DNA of 59,482 nt from Lysobacterales bacterium (GTDB lineage Bacteria; Pseudomonadota; Gammaproteobacteria; Xanthomonadales; SZUA-5): NCBI GenBank assembly GCA_022844165.1, contig JALHMH010000029.1:1-59482 (forward strand). The letters are read 5' to 3'. How positions within the stretch are numbered: the stretch's first letter is position 1; every line of letters begins with the position of its first letter. Made by a program: the position numbers and the translations under genes. Positions 22,401-28,286 of this stretch are shown in pieces. A model generated the notes under the pieces. The model was not told where the DNA came from. It did no database searches and saw only the letters and a program-made list of their open reading frames with translations.

Positions 22401-24563
22401 GTTATCGGCATCCAGCCGCACACGAATGTTTGGACTACCCGGAACCAGCACGGGCGCAGCCAGATCACGGATGATCGTGCTGCTGGCACCGGCAGCCAAC
22501 AATGGGACGTCGCCCTGATCGAGTATTTGCCAGGCCCCGGCGTCGTAACGCACCTCAATGGCGTAACGCGAAACCGGCGCCGGTTGTTCGCCGCGATTCA
22601 TCGCGGTGAATCGCACTTCGATGTTCTGTCCCTGCACCGAAGGATCCGGTCGCACACCCAACTCACCTTGGACAGCCAGATCCGGCAACGACCGAATCGC
22701 CAGGTACTGCACGGCCCGCGCCGTTGCGGCGATGCCGCCATCCCAACTGCCATCGACTCGCTGCGTCGCCGTCAAGTGCGACTCGGCACTGATGACACGG
22801 GTGTCGGCGAGCATTGCGGCGGCACCGAATGCGGCGAGCGCGGTCGCGGTTTCGATCGCTGTGGCCGTGGCATCGCTGCCAAAACCGCCACTGATACGCT
22901 GCCAACGGAACAGCGCGTCTGCGTGGTGAGTTGTAGCGCTGGATCTGGCCAGCGCATGGACGGCCGCAGCCGTGGCCAAGAAGTCGCATGCACCGCCCGG
23001 TTGCAATGGCCAGCAGTTGTCTGTGGCATTGCGCCAGGCAAGCAAACGCGACTGCGCCGTTTGCAACGCCGAATTCGGAATGCTGCTCAACGTAGCGCGC
23101 GCTTCCGCCAACGCCCGCAGCGCGATGGCGGTGTCGAGAATCGCGCCGGTGTGCGCTGCGTCGAAACCGAAAGCACCGTCGCTGAGCTGACTCGCCAGCA
23201 GCGTATTGGCCGCCACTGTGCGCGCTTCGATACCGAGCCGATCGGTTCGCAACAAGGCCGCCAACTCATCGCGATTGTTGGCATTGGTTGCAACAAGGCG
23301 CGACGCCGCCGCAATCAACGCAGATTGGTGCGCTGTAGCCGCCGTTTCCAATGCGAGCACGGTATCGACGCTATCGACGATGCGCGTCGCCGCTTTGTCT
23401 TGCCAAAGATCATCGTTGCGTTGCGCCACCAGGAACTGGCGAGCGAGCGCCAGATCGGCGGTCGTTCGCAAGCCAGCAGTAGAACCGACGCCGATGGGCA
23501 ATCCACGTGGCGGCGCTTGCGAATCCGGCAAGGTGCCGAGCACCAGTTGGCCGCGCCCCCGAGTGATCGCCGCAAAGCGCGTTTGTGCATGCCCGCGCAA
23601 TTGCGTCACGCGATCAATGACCACGTCCGACGGCGGCCGATTGGCAGCCACCAGCAGTACCAGCGCTGCGGTGAACGACCGTTGCGTGTTCGGGTAAGCC
23701 GGCGCCCTGGGTCCGAGCGCCGCTAACACGCCGGCGGCGCTGACGGTCGCTTCGCTGCCCGACACCACTCTGCCGACGCTGGGAATTTCATCGCCGCTCA
23801 AGTCCGCCGTGACGATCAGGTGCGTGTCAGGCAGTTCATCGGCATCGAGAAATCCGCCCAGGTACAAATCCAGCGGACCGTAGGCATCGTGCACGACAGC
23901 CTCACGAAAGCGACCGTTGGGCAGTGCCTGCCAGCGTGCGCCAAACATGACGGATGCATCCGAATGGTACTTCGACGACCAGTGCCCACCGGCCGTCGCC
24001 AGTGCAACCGCGTCTGCGCCAGCACCGACGGAAAACGGTACATAAACACCCCACTGATGCATCACTTCGTGCATCAGCGTATCCAGCAATTGATCGTAAG
24101 CAGGTGCCGAAAAATTCGGCAACAACAGCCGACCGTGCAGATCGATGACCGCCTTCAAACGCCCTGCGCTACCGAACTCGGCGCTCAGGTCCATGATCGG
24201 GCGGCCAATGCCAACGACGTCGTTCGCGACCTGCCAATGCAATCCATTGACGTTGGCACCCAAATCCACGACGAAATCCGGCGCCACCACGATAAAGTCG
24301 TAGTGATCGCCTAACTCAGCCAGGACGGTCGTTGCCAGTGCCTGACGGCGCGCCGCGTCTGGGGTGCCGTCCGGCAAACGGGCGTCATAGCGGCTGTTGG
24401 TTTCGACGATCAAAAGATGCCCGGATCGCGTCGCTGAAAACGACTTCTGCATCTTCTCCGTCAGCGCCTGCGCTTTGGTCTCGATGACGTCTGCCGAGGC
24501 GCGACTGCCGACCAGGACAAATAACAGCGCGACGAATGGCAGGACGAAACAACGAGCGTTCAT
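7443..24563 (-). CDS. Giant (5706 aa) secreted modular protein: zinc metallopeptidase domain, prenyltransferase/squalene-oxidase-type repeats, CARDB, FlgD-Ig, Fn3/Big and beta-propeller modules
   Basis: Long ORF with Sec signal (..LLFVLVGSRASA); HEVMH at 24057-24071; QxxDG(A/S)(F/W) repeats; CARDB signatures (PDL...N.G...DPDN.V.E..E.NN); three (F/I)SPNGDG motifs; repeated DxTPP/DRAGN Ig motifs. Confidence 0.92.
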   Translation of the reverse strand: MNARCFVLPFVALLFVLVGSRASADVIETKAQALTEKMQKSFSATRSGHLLIVETNSRYDARLPDGTPDAARRQALATTVLAELGDHYDFIVVAPDFVVDLGANVNGLHWQVANDVVGIGRPIMDLSAEFGSAGRLKAVIDLHGRLLLPNFSAPAYDQLLDTLMHEVMHQWGVYVPFSVGAGADAVALATAGGHWSSKYHSDASVMFGARWQALPNGRFREAVVHDAYGPLDLYLGGFLDADELPDTHLIVTADLSGDEIPSVGRVVSGSEATVSAAGVLAALGPRAPAYPNTQRSFTAALVLLVAANRPPSDVVIDRVTQLRGHAQTRFAAITRGRGQLVLGTLPDSQAPPRGLPIGVGSTAGLRTTADLALARQFLVAQRNDDLWQDKAATRIVDSVDTVLALETAATAHQSALIAAASRLVATNANNRDELAALLRTDRLGIEARTVAANTLLASQLSDGAFGFDAAHTGAILDTAIALRALAEARATLSSIPNSALQTAQSRLLAWRNATDNCWPLQPGGACDFLATAAAVHALARSSATTHHADALFRWQRISGGFGSDATATAIETATALAAFGAAAMLADTRVISAESHLTATQRVDGSWDGGIAATARAVQYLAIRSLPDLAVQGELGVRPDPSVQGQNIEVRFTAMNRGEQPAPVSRYAIEVRYDAGAWQILDQGDVPLLAAGASSTIIRDLAAPVLVPGSPNIRVRLDADNTINEGIEANNEAARSMTISPAPALPDFAVALGRVELAPNVVTTVPQTLNVSFVAENLGQAAVDDVPIRIYGWRFGELRALATIIRTLPAQGRVAISTSITIDDLDISRINVEIDPDNATVEANEANNRAEATIDRQPTVDLALLTAEVVLPQNPQQGTPTSVTLVVRNLGTRDSPTTRLRVSVRRPDNSVVILGEPQIQVAAGGSTTRNLPLTPTQSGAHRLLAAVDPDNAVVEIREDNNNVDLAFDVAASTLPNLRIDPAGWQSSPSPALQGQPATVRVRVHNNSAHNAVESTLELRSAPIATSDFTVLGRAPVGALAAGASVDVVVAIASIAAAGDQQLLARADVDNAIVEADESDNDGLQTLPVLALPNLQLTAVDTRTHPSAPAPGASVELTSIVRNTGQQPVASASIDLRDAVADVALAPAQTLSNLAAGESRTVTFNFTRPQNSSARIELTVDRANSVPEGREDDNKVVLNLAPVDADFYASEPFFSPNGDGIADATVIVSRLPTPSVQRLRIVASWGEEVASFESGGAVAQFSATWNGRRADNRVALDDRYDVILTDGNHQELKRLQVVLDTNRSPLVLAANSGHARLTPLSCDINAWPGASTYPVGAVTYPGSNVAFVRAANRTGAPASEGIYRIAEDGSPPRLLLARSATDTFDFQGWHLWMDSADALSLTFRAADGLHLRRISSRDGSALDPPLIVPNAVRYLGQLQSGHRIFLGATLIAVSPSGQAQSLPESAGMDSATVPVVGRERVLIRLLGEPLRFKLIGLNGAMDVDTGVTPHPQFGEFKYSRFSRAFYWATEDTPVFRGADPERVLRIDEQSGSLTALFSAEFGQENYSVSVSPSGARMLTTHGKAARARLWDLQSGTHTEVDLSPADPDAEPFNADYPLGLHVENVLWSPDESHVAGTYVAYQDIDRSTAGAIASRGFMILPNGETHAFDDLLPKHWLNGELQLLGRDNGVAVERGLGEWPLRPGIATPATQDPEALAGDGRIAWMRAFGSSPQCDGERVEALSSIANGLAGLRIEYEAALRTLLIRGDANDVNLAGYSVAYQRTGESTWTEIFAGIEPLDDTILGAWSPPAPGRYRVRLRTQDRAGNEAISEREVVWFSIEALGLVRADRQFISPNGDGVQDSVTLTYELRSPAEISIRIVDDAGSLVRTVERTHASAGTYTYTWDGRRASGEVLPDGLYRLLVNDRAVQVTIDNSLPVIQVSESLPGSATCQNADTGPFVRGFAGVLSIHAGDANWGEVRLQERRAGVWNNIYAIGNFGSNGVIEATASLTPAEVRSGEFRVLGTDRGGNLRSQSVALSGLGVQSGRLQAQNWSLPGRGELVVLQRPETTPPRMDLELLTSNPIGWVLERRTGSSAWISTPFQLVAASDVPERETSCFARSEFYARVPLGWLTSAKVQLRFRGPNGQTSNMVEIDPPPGDSTSGGSGGNAPGNQVELCEAVGASSAWVSVPLLQSAISAHWTDPRNGETTALQIIEQRPGRARLNLTGLPTGEFNVDVVTADGQYRSTVGRSEAMPPSPVIDQPLNGDRVCLGDNNAVAGEVRSMFVRSIEVEALIDGGSSRTFTGVERLPRPNGVGRANANPAAFSLGVEPVSGGDDGTAQLSIRSEFCGNLSPAVQRTVIVDSRVSVAQPRIGRSPSAVILPTVMTAGLARSAYLFSPNLQQAAHVVATAFEAMTVTAAVHAVGSRPTLTSVGWIGEWSAQGPALVTLPTRETTGGDVAWAWDGRINGAAAADGEYVFVLNAIDTCGHELRFVVPVGIDTTPPTIAWNAPAAGATIALFENLRATASDVYLRAVEFAVRGQGASTYTEIARIDVREGHEGPFVATHLWHNPLPPGTYRLRAKAVDRVGHESMVEREVIIPQRSPLITQAALTVPLISPNGDGVLDATELNWQQSRTGFTSVLVVDEGGNTLRTVQAQTLLNGTQTRGWDGRNDASTVLPDGRYFVRLRVIDPDQAALVDVADFPVIVDRTAPVIQRLAPAGSISNGRGAFTINLVEANPRLLTASATPPLPGLLTQFDGAGNIDLVNLDDVPEGSYQLNLVAEDAGGNRSTLVAPMIIDRTPPETSLTTPAANAYVTRLRGPIAVVGAASDTRLADWQLTLEGASSSSIATQNNAASGPVTVQWNGVAADGAYRLRLLARDTAGNSGFAETPIVLDNTPPLARIDAPSDNGFVGAIFDVAGAATDANIDSYEIAIAPRPNGSFTTLALGNEDASGVIASVGAPTNDGAYALRLRVADKAGTVSEDFVDVQIDQTPPPPANGLSAERQGQRAARLTIQASAHPDVVAWRVLRNGTAIGETSTTTYLDSDLNDGTYAYRVQALDRAGNASTPSNEARVRIDSTPPEVLITAPGAGERIGGNIAIAGRAYARDDFDRYELSVEVLQPPTAPSSIVQRASAVLGGLLGTWDSSAIATAPVRLHLRALDVSGNAAQVSTEVIIDNEPPAAPTGVAVVEQGGDVRVTWNANTETDLRGYLVYRDARLLQGSPDGDLRQLAIAQTNWLDVGVGDGVFAWRVAAIDTTGNLSAFSDPASLTRSGRPPRVNLIRPLDGTQFDTRVAVRGQSADQDLVEVIFESRSGTGAWAPFAPAFSSPPFDSDFVPAPRAFGPYQLRARSRDSEGLIDAAPPEITVEHRDLTAPPRPSALQVAVDGGDATLTWTAVVAEDLANYRVERAPGGGEFQLLTTVSSSTLSHVDAGLANGPYRYRVLAVDSFDNRSVPSPVVSALIYQPSVSQPFAPTLESSSEVRIGSPVAGNVEIEQTTASGTVSLPPTSIGAGQISPRTLALSDGENLFRFVIRDAQGQRSKATEISVLKSAIPPVPTGLTSTVNGYVATLGWTVANHLYPLGFRVLRGGLPVAPDVTTTPTTVAVQYGQEPPLPAPELNDEDLDSGFGIPAETPLGIDIDLASVAMITEIELLFAAPATMQVELRAGWRAVLVPLTASTQTESHSLRLTLAQPYRSTRLRLDVAAAAADYELREVRVRTRPVQSATELTETLTDGRHRYRVLTINEHAFSSAASEFHDVDVGDATPPAAPVLSGSVNSSTAQLTWTHPGTDLAAFWVFRGSTRIATLTDITRRSYDDPQLLNGAYGYQVYAVDAVGNTAESNLVVLTIDVGSLSPPVGLSATAVAGGGAIDLAWQPGAGLTPAGYRIRRSLAQDGPFTTLTDVATNQHRDTGLTNGTRYYYRVQARDAIGNLSAESNTASAVPFSDNPVISPLFVFPTRYGQSVTVPETQTVVTGRGQPGSTVQVGLARNIASAMVATQMASRNFSLVGDWSPDARHVVVSQALRRATDSAMLAALGPPCGDPQWLNAHDLLVCEVFSDRARIDRIRLPSLHRDTLLEQPQILGFRLSDDGRRLAVIGPTSIEWRLQPNGQWQTIAAASGISWGPRFDPSGRWIVWQSAAGLKRFDVETATTLDLPVELTGNARPSFAKRAPIVLVVGRVGAVTGVYSVHLGTGAATRISVEGASHADFNSDDTLLGVLSASEFRLLRWPDLAAVASLPTQDANDLRQLASDEWRLTFSEQTRIVQAPGTFRIDSQPLQFGENILAAIATLPGQPDSPPALPITVTVPSDGLPDLALRASDITLQPATGTPGSSVRIFTRVRNIGSAGSQATTLQLQLATPSGVSLAPIVVAVAPLASGAERVVAADTPVLQDSGAYSLTARVNPGASMPESSLANNAATRSLIVNADGLPELTLTLDRPVVVPGETLLGNAIVSAGGAAFNGQLRISVFDAQQVLVTQLLQQSINLTTPGASVDRGLQWSPGNVVAGRYLVRATLYSTSGQIVRERELPVDVSALRLLTLTLTPSQQAIAIGTSIDVSAALSYVVGNAVVDGAELRTQLLNASGVTVATRTQALATMTPGFSGSVPIAFISANLAPGAYQIRSEIWAGGQLAEGGAAVTLLASTAPPALSGRWVLPGAPLSAGQGASIGFEVRNTGGVALTDVPVRATVRRQLLDTPLATTDVSLSLQPGALQSGNVALPASAMTPGALLLILEVQSGPLRGVLDVRTVLVVDSEPPLVSIVAPQPGAIVRRQFDALVRAVDQQSFVSRTELSVASGAFQAMSLSGGSGGEYRGFVSVANDGPLALSARARDAYDNVGSTPAWSVIVDGTPPVIVISGVSEGQIYANPVTPVVQATDLHLASTTTLLNGQPFTSGTTISDDGDYTLVVIALDRAGNRSQETRSFVVDRTAPTVAFTFPAANAVINAASTDVRVQTEALAQVQLQRGSTQWQATAGANGSALFSAVPLNEGANLFRATAVDRAGNASPTPAELTVTRLTATVGLLTGSISAPTSMEPGSDLSGTAVLTSSAASPLENVAARLSLLSTATGQSIAQRQWTQTYIPNVAQPFAFSFATATLPLGGYALLLEAELRDSNGQLVWATLAQQALTLADLTPPNAMLVTPATNQLLPASFVAAATVDDALSPIDRVELVIDAQAPRPMSPSGGSAYSTSMSGLSDGDHTAQLRALDGAGNQRTEPPQARTFRIDGTPPTIDISGVLDGQLSASPLTPVIVVSDANPGSQSVTLNGQLFVSGTTINAEREHLLRVEATDAVGNSNQRELRFTIDLTPPPLAITSPVDGSATPQTVITLIASTEPNTDVVLLDTNPPYLVRSNAQGIATFPGIWLVPGENTLRLQSRDRAGNLSSIRQVRVLRLGDNTAPITAALTLPESLPHGQELIGNLRVTSTQNAGPQADELRLDVNRADGSNVVSLQWSRMLVLGEAVDLPFSLPSATWPAGTLQVNVHWRRAIAPTTPFTLIATRALGVLDEQAPTLTVTEPAVGAIVANPVVVSATAQDALSGVATVAVRVGDGDWQPLVKTGPPDHWRGTLSLPAPGPYVLMVRATDGAGNRRDVGPIPICRDEVWTGFADGFEARSGATGFEKSTCTEMPAVLKNWIESWGKRSQTSRASDAQGTSRAESADDKADDKSERGATRSSSSVFESGRFPWIGHAPAEADHAR

Positions 24564-24994
24564 GGCTGCGGCGTTTCCTGGTTCGCGGCTTTCGGAGTTG
24601 CCTGGTCGCCATCAGCGTTCGTCACAACCGCTTTGACCCTTTGCATATGCAGCGCTGCAACCGGTTCCGCGGGTGGCGAATGGTCGTCGATCAGGATTGG
24701 CGCAACCGATGGACTCAACGACAGCACAAAACGCTGGCTCGGTTGCAAGATTCGGCGCAGCTGCACGGTGCTTGCAGTGACGCGCTCCAGGCGCCATTGC
24801 ACCCCAAGATTGTCATCGCGCGCCACCAGCAACAGTTCGCCATCCAGCGAAAACACGGCATGTCCGAGCGCCGCGTCGGTCGCAATCAGCTGCGGCAACT
24901 CGGGCAATTGGTCGTCAGAAAAGCACCAGATCGGCCAAGCGCAAAAAAGCGACAAAGCTACGCGACGCAGCCAAGGCATCGGACGAGTGAACAC
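24560..24994 (-). CDS. Small exported or membrane-anchored protein, possibly GspC/PilP-like beta domain
   Basis: GTG start preceded by strong RBS (TAAGGGGG); N-terminal hydrophobic segment; ATGA overlap with the giant gene start. The fold similarity is by eye only. Confidence 0.7.
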   Translation of the reverse strand: MFTRPMPWLRRVALSLFCAWPIWCFSDDQLPELPQLIATDAALGHAVFSLDGELLLVARDDNLGVQWRLERVTASTVQLRRILQPSQRFVLSLSPSVAPILIDDHSPPAEPVAALHMQRVKAVVTNADGDQATPKAANQETPQP

Positions 24995-25018
24995 GTAACC
25001 CCCTTACGTGAGTGCTAA

Positions 25019-25170
25019 CACATTGTTGAGAAACGCACTTCCTGTTCGCTTCTCAAGTCGCGCGTCTGGCACATGTCCGGACTCGCTCTCCATGGATCAA
25101 GCACTTACGTGCTCGACCCATGTGCGAACCATCCATGGTTCGCGCCCGCAGGCTGTTTCTCAACAGCCCG
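25019..25170. mobile_element. MITE-like repeat family A, copy 1 (152 bp)
   Basis: Terminal inverted repeat TGTTGAGAAAC/GTTTCTCAACA; CTAA direct repeat on both sides (25015-25018, 25171-25174); near-identical copy at 52898-53049. Confidence 0.8.
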
Positions 25171-25426
25171 CTAAATCAACATCCAGAGCACGCAGTCGTG
25201 CTTAGGAATCAGGTTATTACAATCGACTGGAGTCGTCTACTTTGTGTGAAGATCGTGGCTCAGTCTGCAAACAACATCTGCCTGACACGGACAATGCGGC
25301 GCGCAAACAGAAAATGGCTCACGCCGCCCGACGTTTACCGGCACCGTGAACGAGCCGAAGACCCGTATGAACTCGGTGTCAACACCCGATGCCCGCGGCA
25401 CTATAAAGCTCGAGGCATCCCTGCTC

Positions 25427-25490
25427 TGTCGGAAACAGGCGCTTCTTGCTGTAGGAAAAGCACGCATTGTGTTGTAGGAATTTTCTGACA
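25427..25490. promoter_or_regulatory. Phased TGT(C/A)GGAA direct repeats ending in an 18-bp imperfect palindrome; putative regulator-binding array
   Basis: TGTCGGAA at 25427, TGTAGGAA at 25450 and 25473 (23-bp spacing); TGTAGGAATTTTCTGACA at 25473-25490; lies in the divergent intergenic region between the giant operon and truA. Confidence 0.5.
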
Positions 25491-25561
25491 AAGGAGCTGC
25501 TGACCCGCTCAAAACCCAAAAGCGTTCGATGGCTCGTGGTCGCAAATACGATAGGTACCAG

Positions 25562-25608
25562 AGTCCTTGACGAAGCCGGATCGGCGGTCTGAGGCGAAGC
25601 CTCGCTGG
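25562..25608 (+). repeat. Repeat family B, minimal copy (left and right ends fused)
   Basis: AGTCCTTGACGAAGCCGGATC joined directly to GGCGGTCTGAGGCGAAGCCTCGCT; both ends match the full copy at 53052-53295. Confidence 0.7.
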
Positions 25609-25661
25609 ATTTTGCGTGCACCAAGTGAGGTCCAGCGCCAGCACAAGGTTATGCTGTGGCA

Positions 25662-26447
25662 ATGAGCAACCTCCCCATCCGCCGCTATGCCGCTGGCATC
25701 GAATACGATGGCACGCGTTTTCTGGGCTGGCAGACACAAGACCAACAGCCGACCGTGCAAGCCACGGTGGAAGCGGCAATGTCGTTTGTCGCCAACGAAT
25801 CGCTGATGCTGACTTGCGCCGGCAGAACCGATACCGGCGTGCATGCGTTGGGGCAAGTTGCGCATTTCGAATCGCGCGCTGTGCGCACGCAACGCGCCTG
25901 GATTCTCGGTTCGAACACACGTTTGCCGGATGACGTCGCAATCAAATGGGTGCACGAAGTGCCAGCCGATTTCCATGCCCGGTACAGCGCCGTCGATCGT
26001 CGTTATCGTTATCGCATCGTGCGCTCGTTGACGCGCCCGGTGCTCGATCGGCATCAGGCGTTGTGGGCGTATTACGATATCGATGTGGCGCGCATGGATG
26101 CCGCGGCGCGCGCGTTGATTGGCGAACACGACTTTACGAGCTATCGCACGGTGGCGTGTCAGTCGCCAACGCCGATGCGACTCGTCAAACACATCGGCTT
26201 CTCGGAGACCGGCTGTATTCTTGACATTGAGTTCATCGCGAACGCCTTTTTGCATCACATGATTCGCAATATGGTCGGCAGTCTGTTGTTGGTGGGTCGC
26301 GGCGAACGGCCGGTGTCCTGGATCGGCGAGGTGCTCGCGGGGCGCAATCGCAAACTTGCAGGTCCAACGGCGAGTCCGCAGGGGTTGGTCTTTTTAGGCG
26401 CGCGTTATCCTGCGGCGTTCGGCCTGCCTGCAGAGCACTGCGCATGA
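25662..26447 (+). CDS. truA: tRNA pseudouridine(38-40) synthase
   Basis: YDGTRFLGWQ, CAGRTDTGVHA, FHARYSA, AFLHHMIRN motifs. Confidence 0.97.
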   Translation: MSNLPIRRYAAGIEYDGTRFLGWQTQDQQPTVQATVEAAMSFVANESLMLTCAGRTDTGVHALGQVAHFESRAVRTQRAWILGSNTRLPDDVAIKWVHEVPADFHARYSAVDRRYRYRIVRSLTRPVLDRHQALWAYYDIDVARMDAAARALIGEHDFTSYRTVACQSPTPMRLVKHIGFSETGCILDIEFIANAFLHHMIRNMVGSLLLVGRGERPVSWIGEVLAGRNRKLAGPTASPQGLVFLGARYPAAFGLPAEHCA

Positions 26448-27085
26448 GGCGCGTGCGGATCAAGTTCTGCGGGTTCAAACGAGCGGAGGACGTGCAAGCC
26501 GCGGTTGCGCTTGGTGTCGATGCGGTGGGATTGGTGTTTGTACCTGGTAGCAAACGCGCGGTGGATATCGACGAGGCGCGTGCGGCAATTGATGGCGTGC
26601 CTCCGTTCGTCGCACGCGTCGGCCTGTTCATGGACAGCGACAGCGACCATGTCGGTGCGGTTTTGCGGAGCGTGGACTTGGACGTCCTGCAATTCCACGG
26701 CGGCGAATCGCCGGAATTCTGCGCGACTTTCGGAATGCCGTACATTAAAGCGGTGGCGATGGGCGACGCACCCGATGTGAGCGCCGAATGTACGCGTTTT
26801 GCCGCAGCGCGCGGCCTTCTGCTGGATGCCCACTGCCGCGGGCAACCTGGGGGCAGTGGTCGCGCCTTTGACTACTCGTTGATCCTCCCAGCCCTCGCTT
26901 CGCGTATTGTTCTGGCTGGCGGTCTTACACCGGAATCGGTCGCCGAGGCCATTTTGCAAGTCAAACCCTATGCAGTCGATGTCTCCAGCGGCATCGAATC
27001 GGCGCCAGGTCAGAAAAGCGTCGCGCGCATGCGGTCATTTATCGATGAGGTTGAACGTGCAAGTCGAGAACTTGTCGGCGGATAA
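26444..27085 (+). CDS. trpF: Phosphoribosylanthranilate isomerase
   Basis: [31 protein letters not shown] motifs; follows truA with ATGA overlap. Confidence 0.96.
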   Translation: MRRVRIKFCGFKRAEDVQAAVALGVDAVGLVFVPGSKRAVDIDEARAAIDGVPPFVARVGLFMDSDSDHVGAVLRSVDLDVLQFHGGESPEFCATFGMPYIKAVAMGDAPDVSAECTRFAAARGLLLDAHCRGQPGGSGRAFDYSLILPALASRIVLAGGLTPESVAEAILQVKPYAVDVSSGIESAPGQKSVARMRSFIDEVERASRELVGG

Positions 27086-28286
27086 TGTCGACTACAACGC
27101 GCTGCCAGACGAGCGGGGTCATTTTGGTCCGTACGGCGGCAGTTTTGTGGCAGAAACGTTGATGCAGCCCCTGGCGGAACTGGCCGCTGCGTACGAACAC
27201 TATCGGCATGACCCCACCTTTATCGAAGAGCTGCGCCGCGACCGCAAGTACTATGTCGGCCGGCCGACGCCCATTTATCACGCCGAACGTCTAAGCAGAG
27301 AAGTTGGAGGGGCGCAGATCCTGCTCAAGCGCGAGGATTTGAATCACACCGGCGCGCACAAAATCAACAACACCATCGGTCAGGGTTTGCTCGCCAGGCG
27401 AATGGGCAAACGACGGATCATCGCCGAAACCGGTGCCGGGCAACATGGTGTGGCCAGCGCCACGGTCGCAGCGCGACTGGGCCTGGAGTGCGTGGTGTAC
27501 ATGGGCGCCGTTGATGTCGAGCGCCAGGCGATTAACGTGTTCCGTATGAAACTGCTGGGCGCCACGGTGGTACCGGTGCAAAGCGGCTCGAAAACGCTCA
27601 AAGACGCATTGAATGAATCGCTGCGCGACTGGGTGACCAACGTCGATCACACGTTTTACATGATCGGCACCGTCGCAGGGCCACATCCGTACCCGATGAT
27701 GGTGCGCGACTTCAACGCCATCACCGGCATTGAGGCGCGCGAGCAGATGCTCACCGAACACGGCAAGTTGCCGGATGCCATCGTCGCCTGTGTCGGTGGC
27801 GGCAGCAATGCGATCGGCATCTTCCACCCTTTTCTGAGCGACGCGGGCGTGGCGCTCATTGGCGTTGAAGCAGCGGGCGATGGCATCGAGACAGGCCGTC
27901 ATGCTGCCTCGCTTTCTGCCGGCGTTCCTGGCGTGTTGCATGGCAATCGTACTTATCTGATTACCGATGCGGATGGCCAGGTGATCGAAACGCACTCGGT
28001 GTCGGCGGGACTGGACTATCCCGGCGTTGGGCCGGAACACGCGTACTTGAAGGACTCGGGTCGCGCTCAATACGAACCGATCACCGATAGCGAAGCGCTC
28101 GCGGGTTTCCACCAATTGGCGTTGACCGAAGGCATTCTTGCAGCGTTGGAAAGTGCGCACGCAGTGGCATACGGCGTCAAGCTCGCGAAGACAATGCGCC
28201 CTGATCAAACGGTGCTGGTCAACCTCTCGGGACGCGGCGACAAAGACGTCAACACGATCGCGCGCCTGGAGGGCATCTCGCTGTGA
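27057..28286 (+). CDS. trpB: Tryptophan synthase beta chain
   Basis: [45 protein letters not shown]. Start placed at the GTG after GAGG (the ORF-track start at 26907 is too far upstream). Confidence 0.97.
   Translation: MQVENLSADNVDYNALPDERGHFGPYGGSFVAETLMQPLAELAAAYEHYRHDPTFIEELRRDRKYYVGRPTPIYHAERLSREVGGAQILLKREDLNHTGAHKINNTIGQGLLARRMGKRRIIAETGAGQHGVASATVAARLGLECVVYMGAVDVERQAINVFRMKLLGATVVPVQSGSKTLKDALNESLRDWVTNVDHTFYMIGTVAGPHPYPMMVRDFNAITGIEAREQMLTEHGKLPDAIVACVGGGSNAIGIFHPFLSDAGVALIGVEAAGDGIETGRHAASLSAGVPGVLHGNRTYLITDADGQVIETHSVSAGLDYPGVGPEHAYLKDSGRAQYEPITDSEALAGFHQLALTEGILAALESAHAVAYGVKLAKTMRPDQTVLVNLSGRGDKDVNTIARLEGISL

Noticed and set aside
22690-23460. Calling the QxxDG repeats a squalene-hopene cyclase or alpha-2-macroglobulin
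   Set aside because: No DxDD catalytic motif and no CxEQ thioester motif; only fold-level repeats are supported.
8697-23726. Long plus-strand ORFs (743, 816, 531 aa and others) inside the giant gene
   Set aside because: Antisense shadows caused by GC-rich codon bias; Arg/His/Gln-rich, unprotein-like composition.
25008-25205. Near-identical small ORFs at 25008..25205 and 52902..53165 (NTLLRNALPVRFSSR.. / MLRNTLPVRFSSR..)
   Set aside because: They are translations of the family A repeat, not independent genes.
25175-25560. Riboswitch or tRNA in the intergenic region upstream of the giant operon
   Set aside because: I could not recognise c-di-GMP, other riboswitch or tRNA consensus features by eye; an Rfam scan would be needed.
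26907-27056. N-terminal extensions in the ORF track (trpB, ubiB, phbB, PP2C, fasciclin, dehydratase and others)
   Set aside because: They overlap neighbouring genes or intergenic DNA. Downstream starts with RBS or stop-start coupling match family lengths better.
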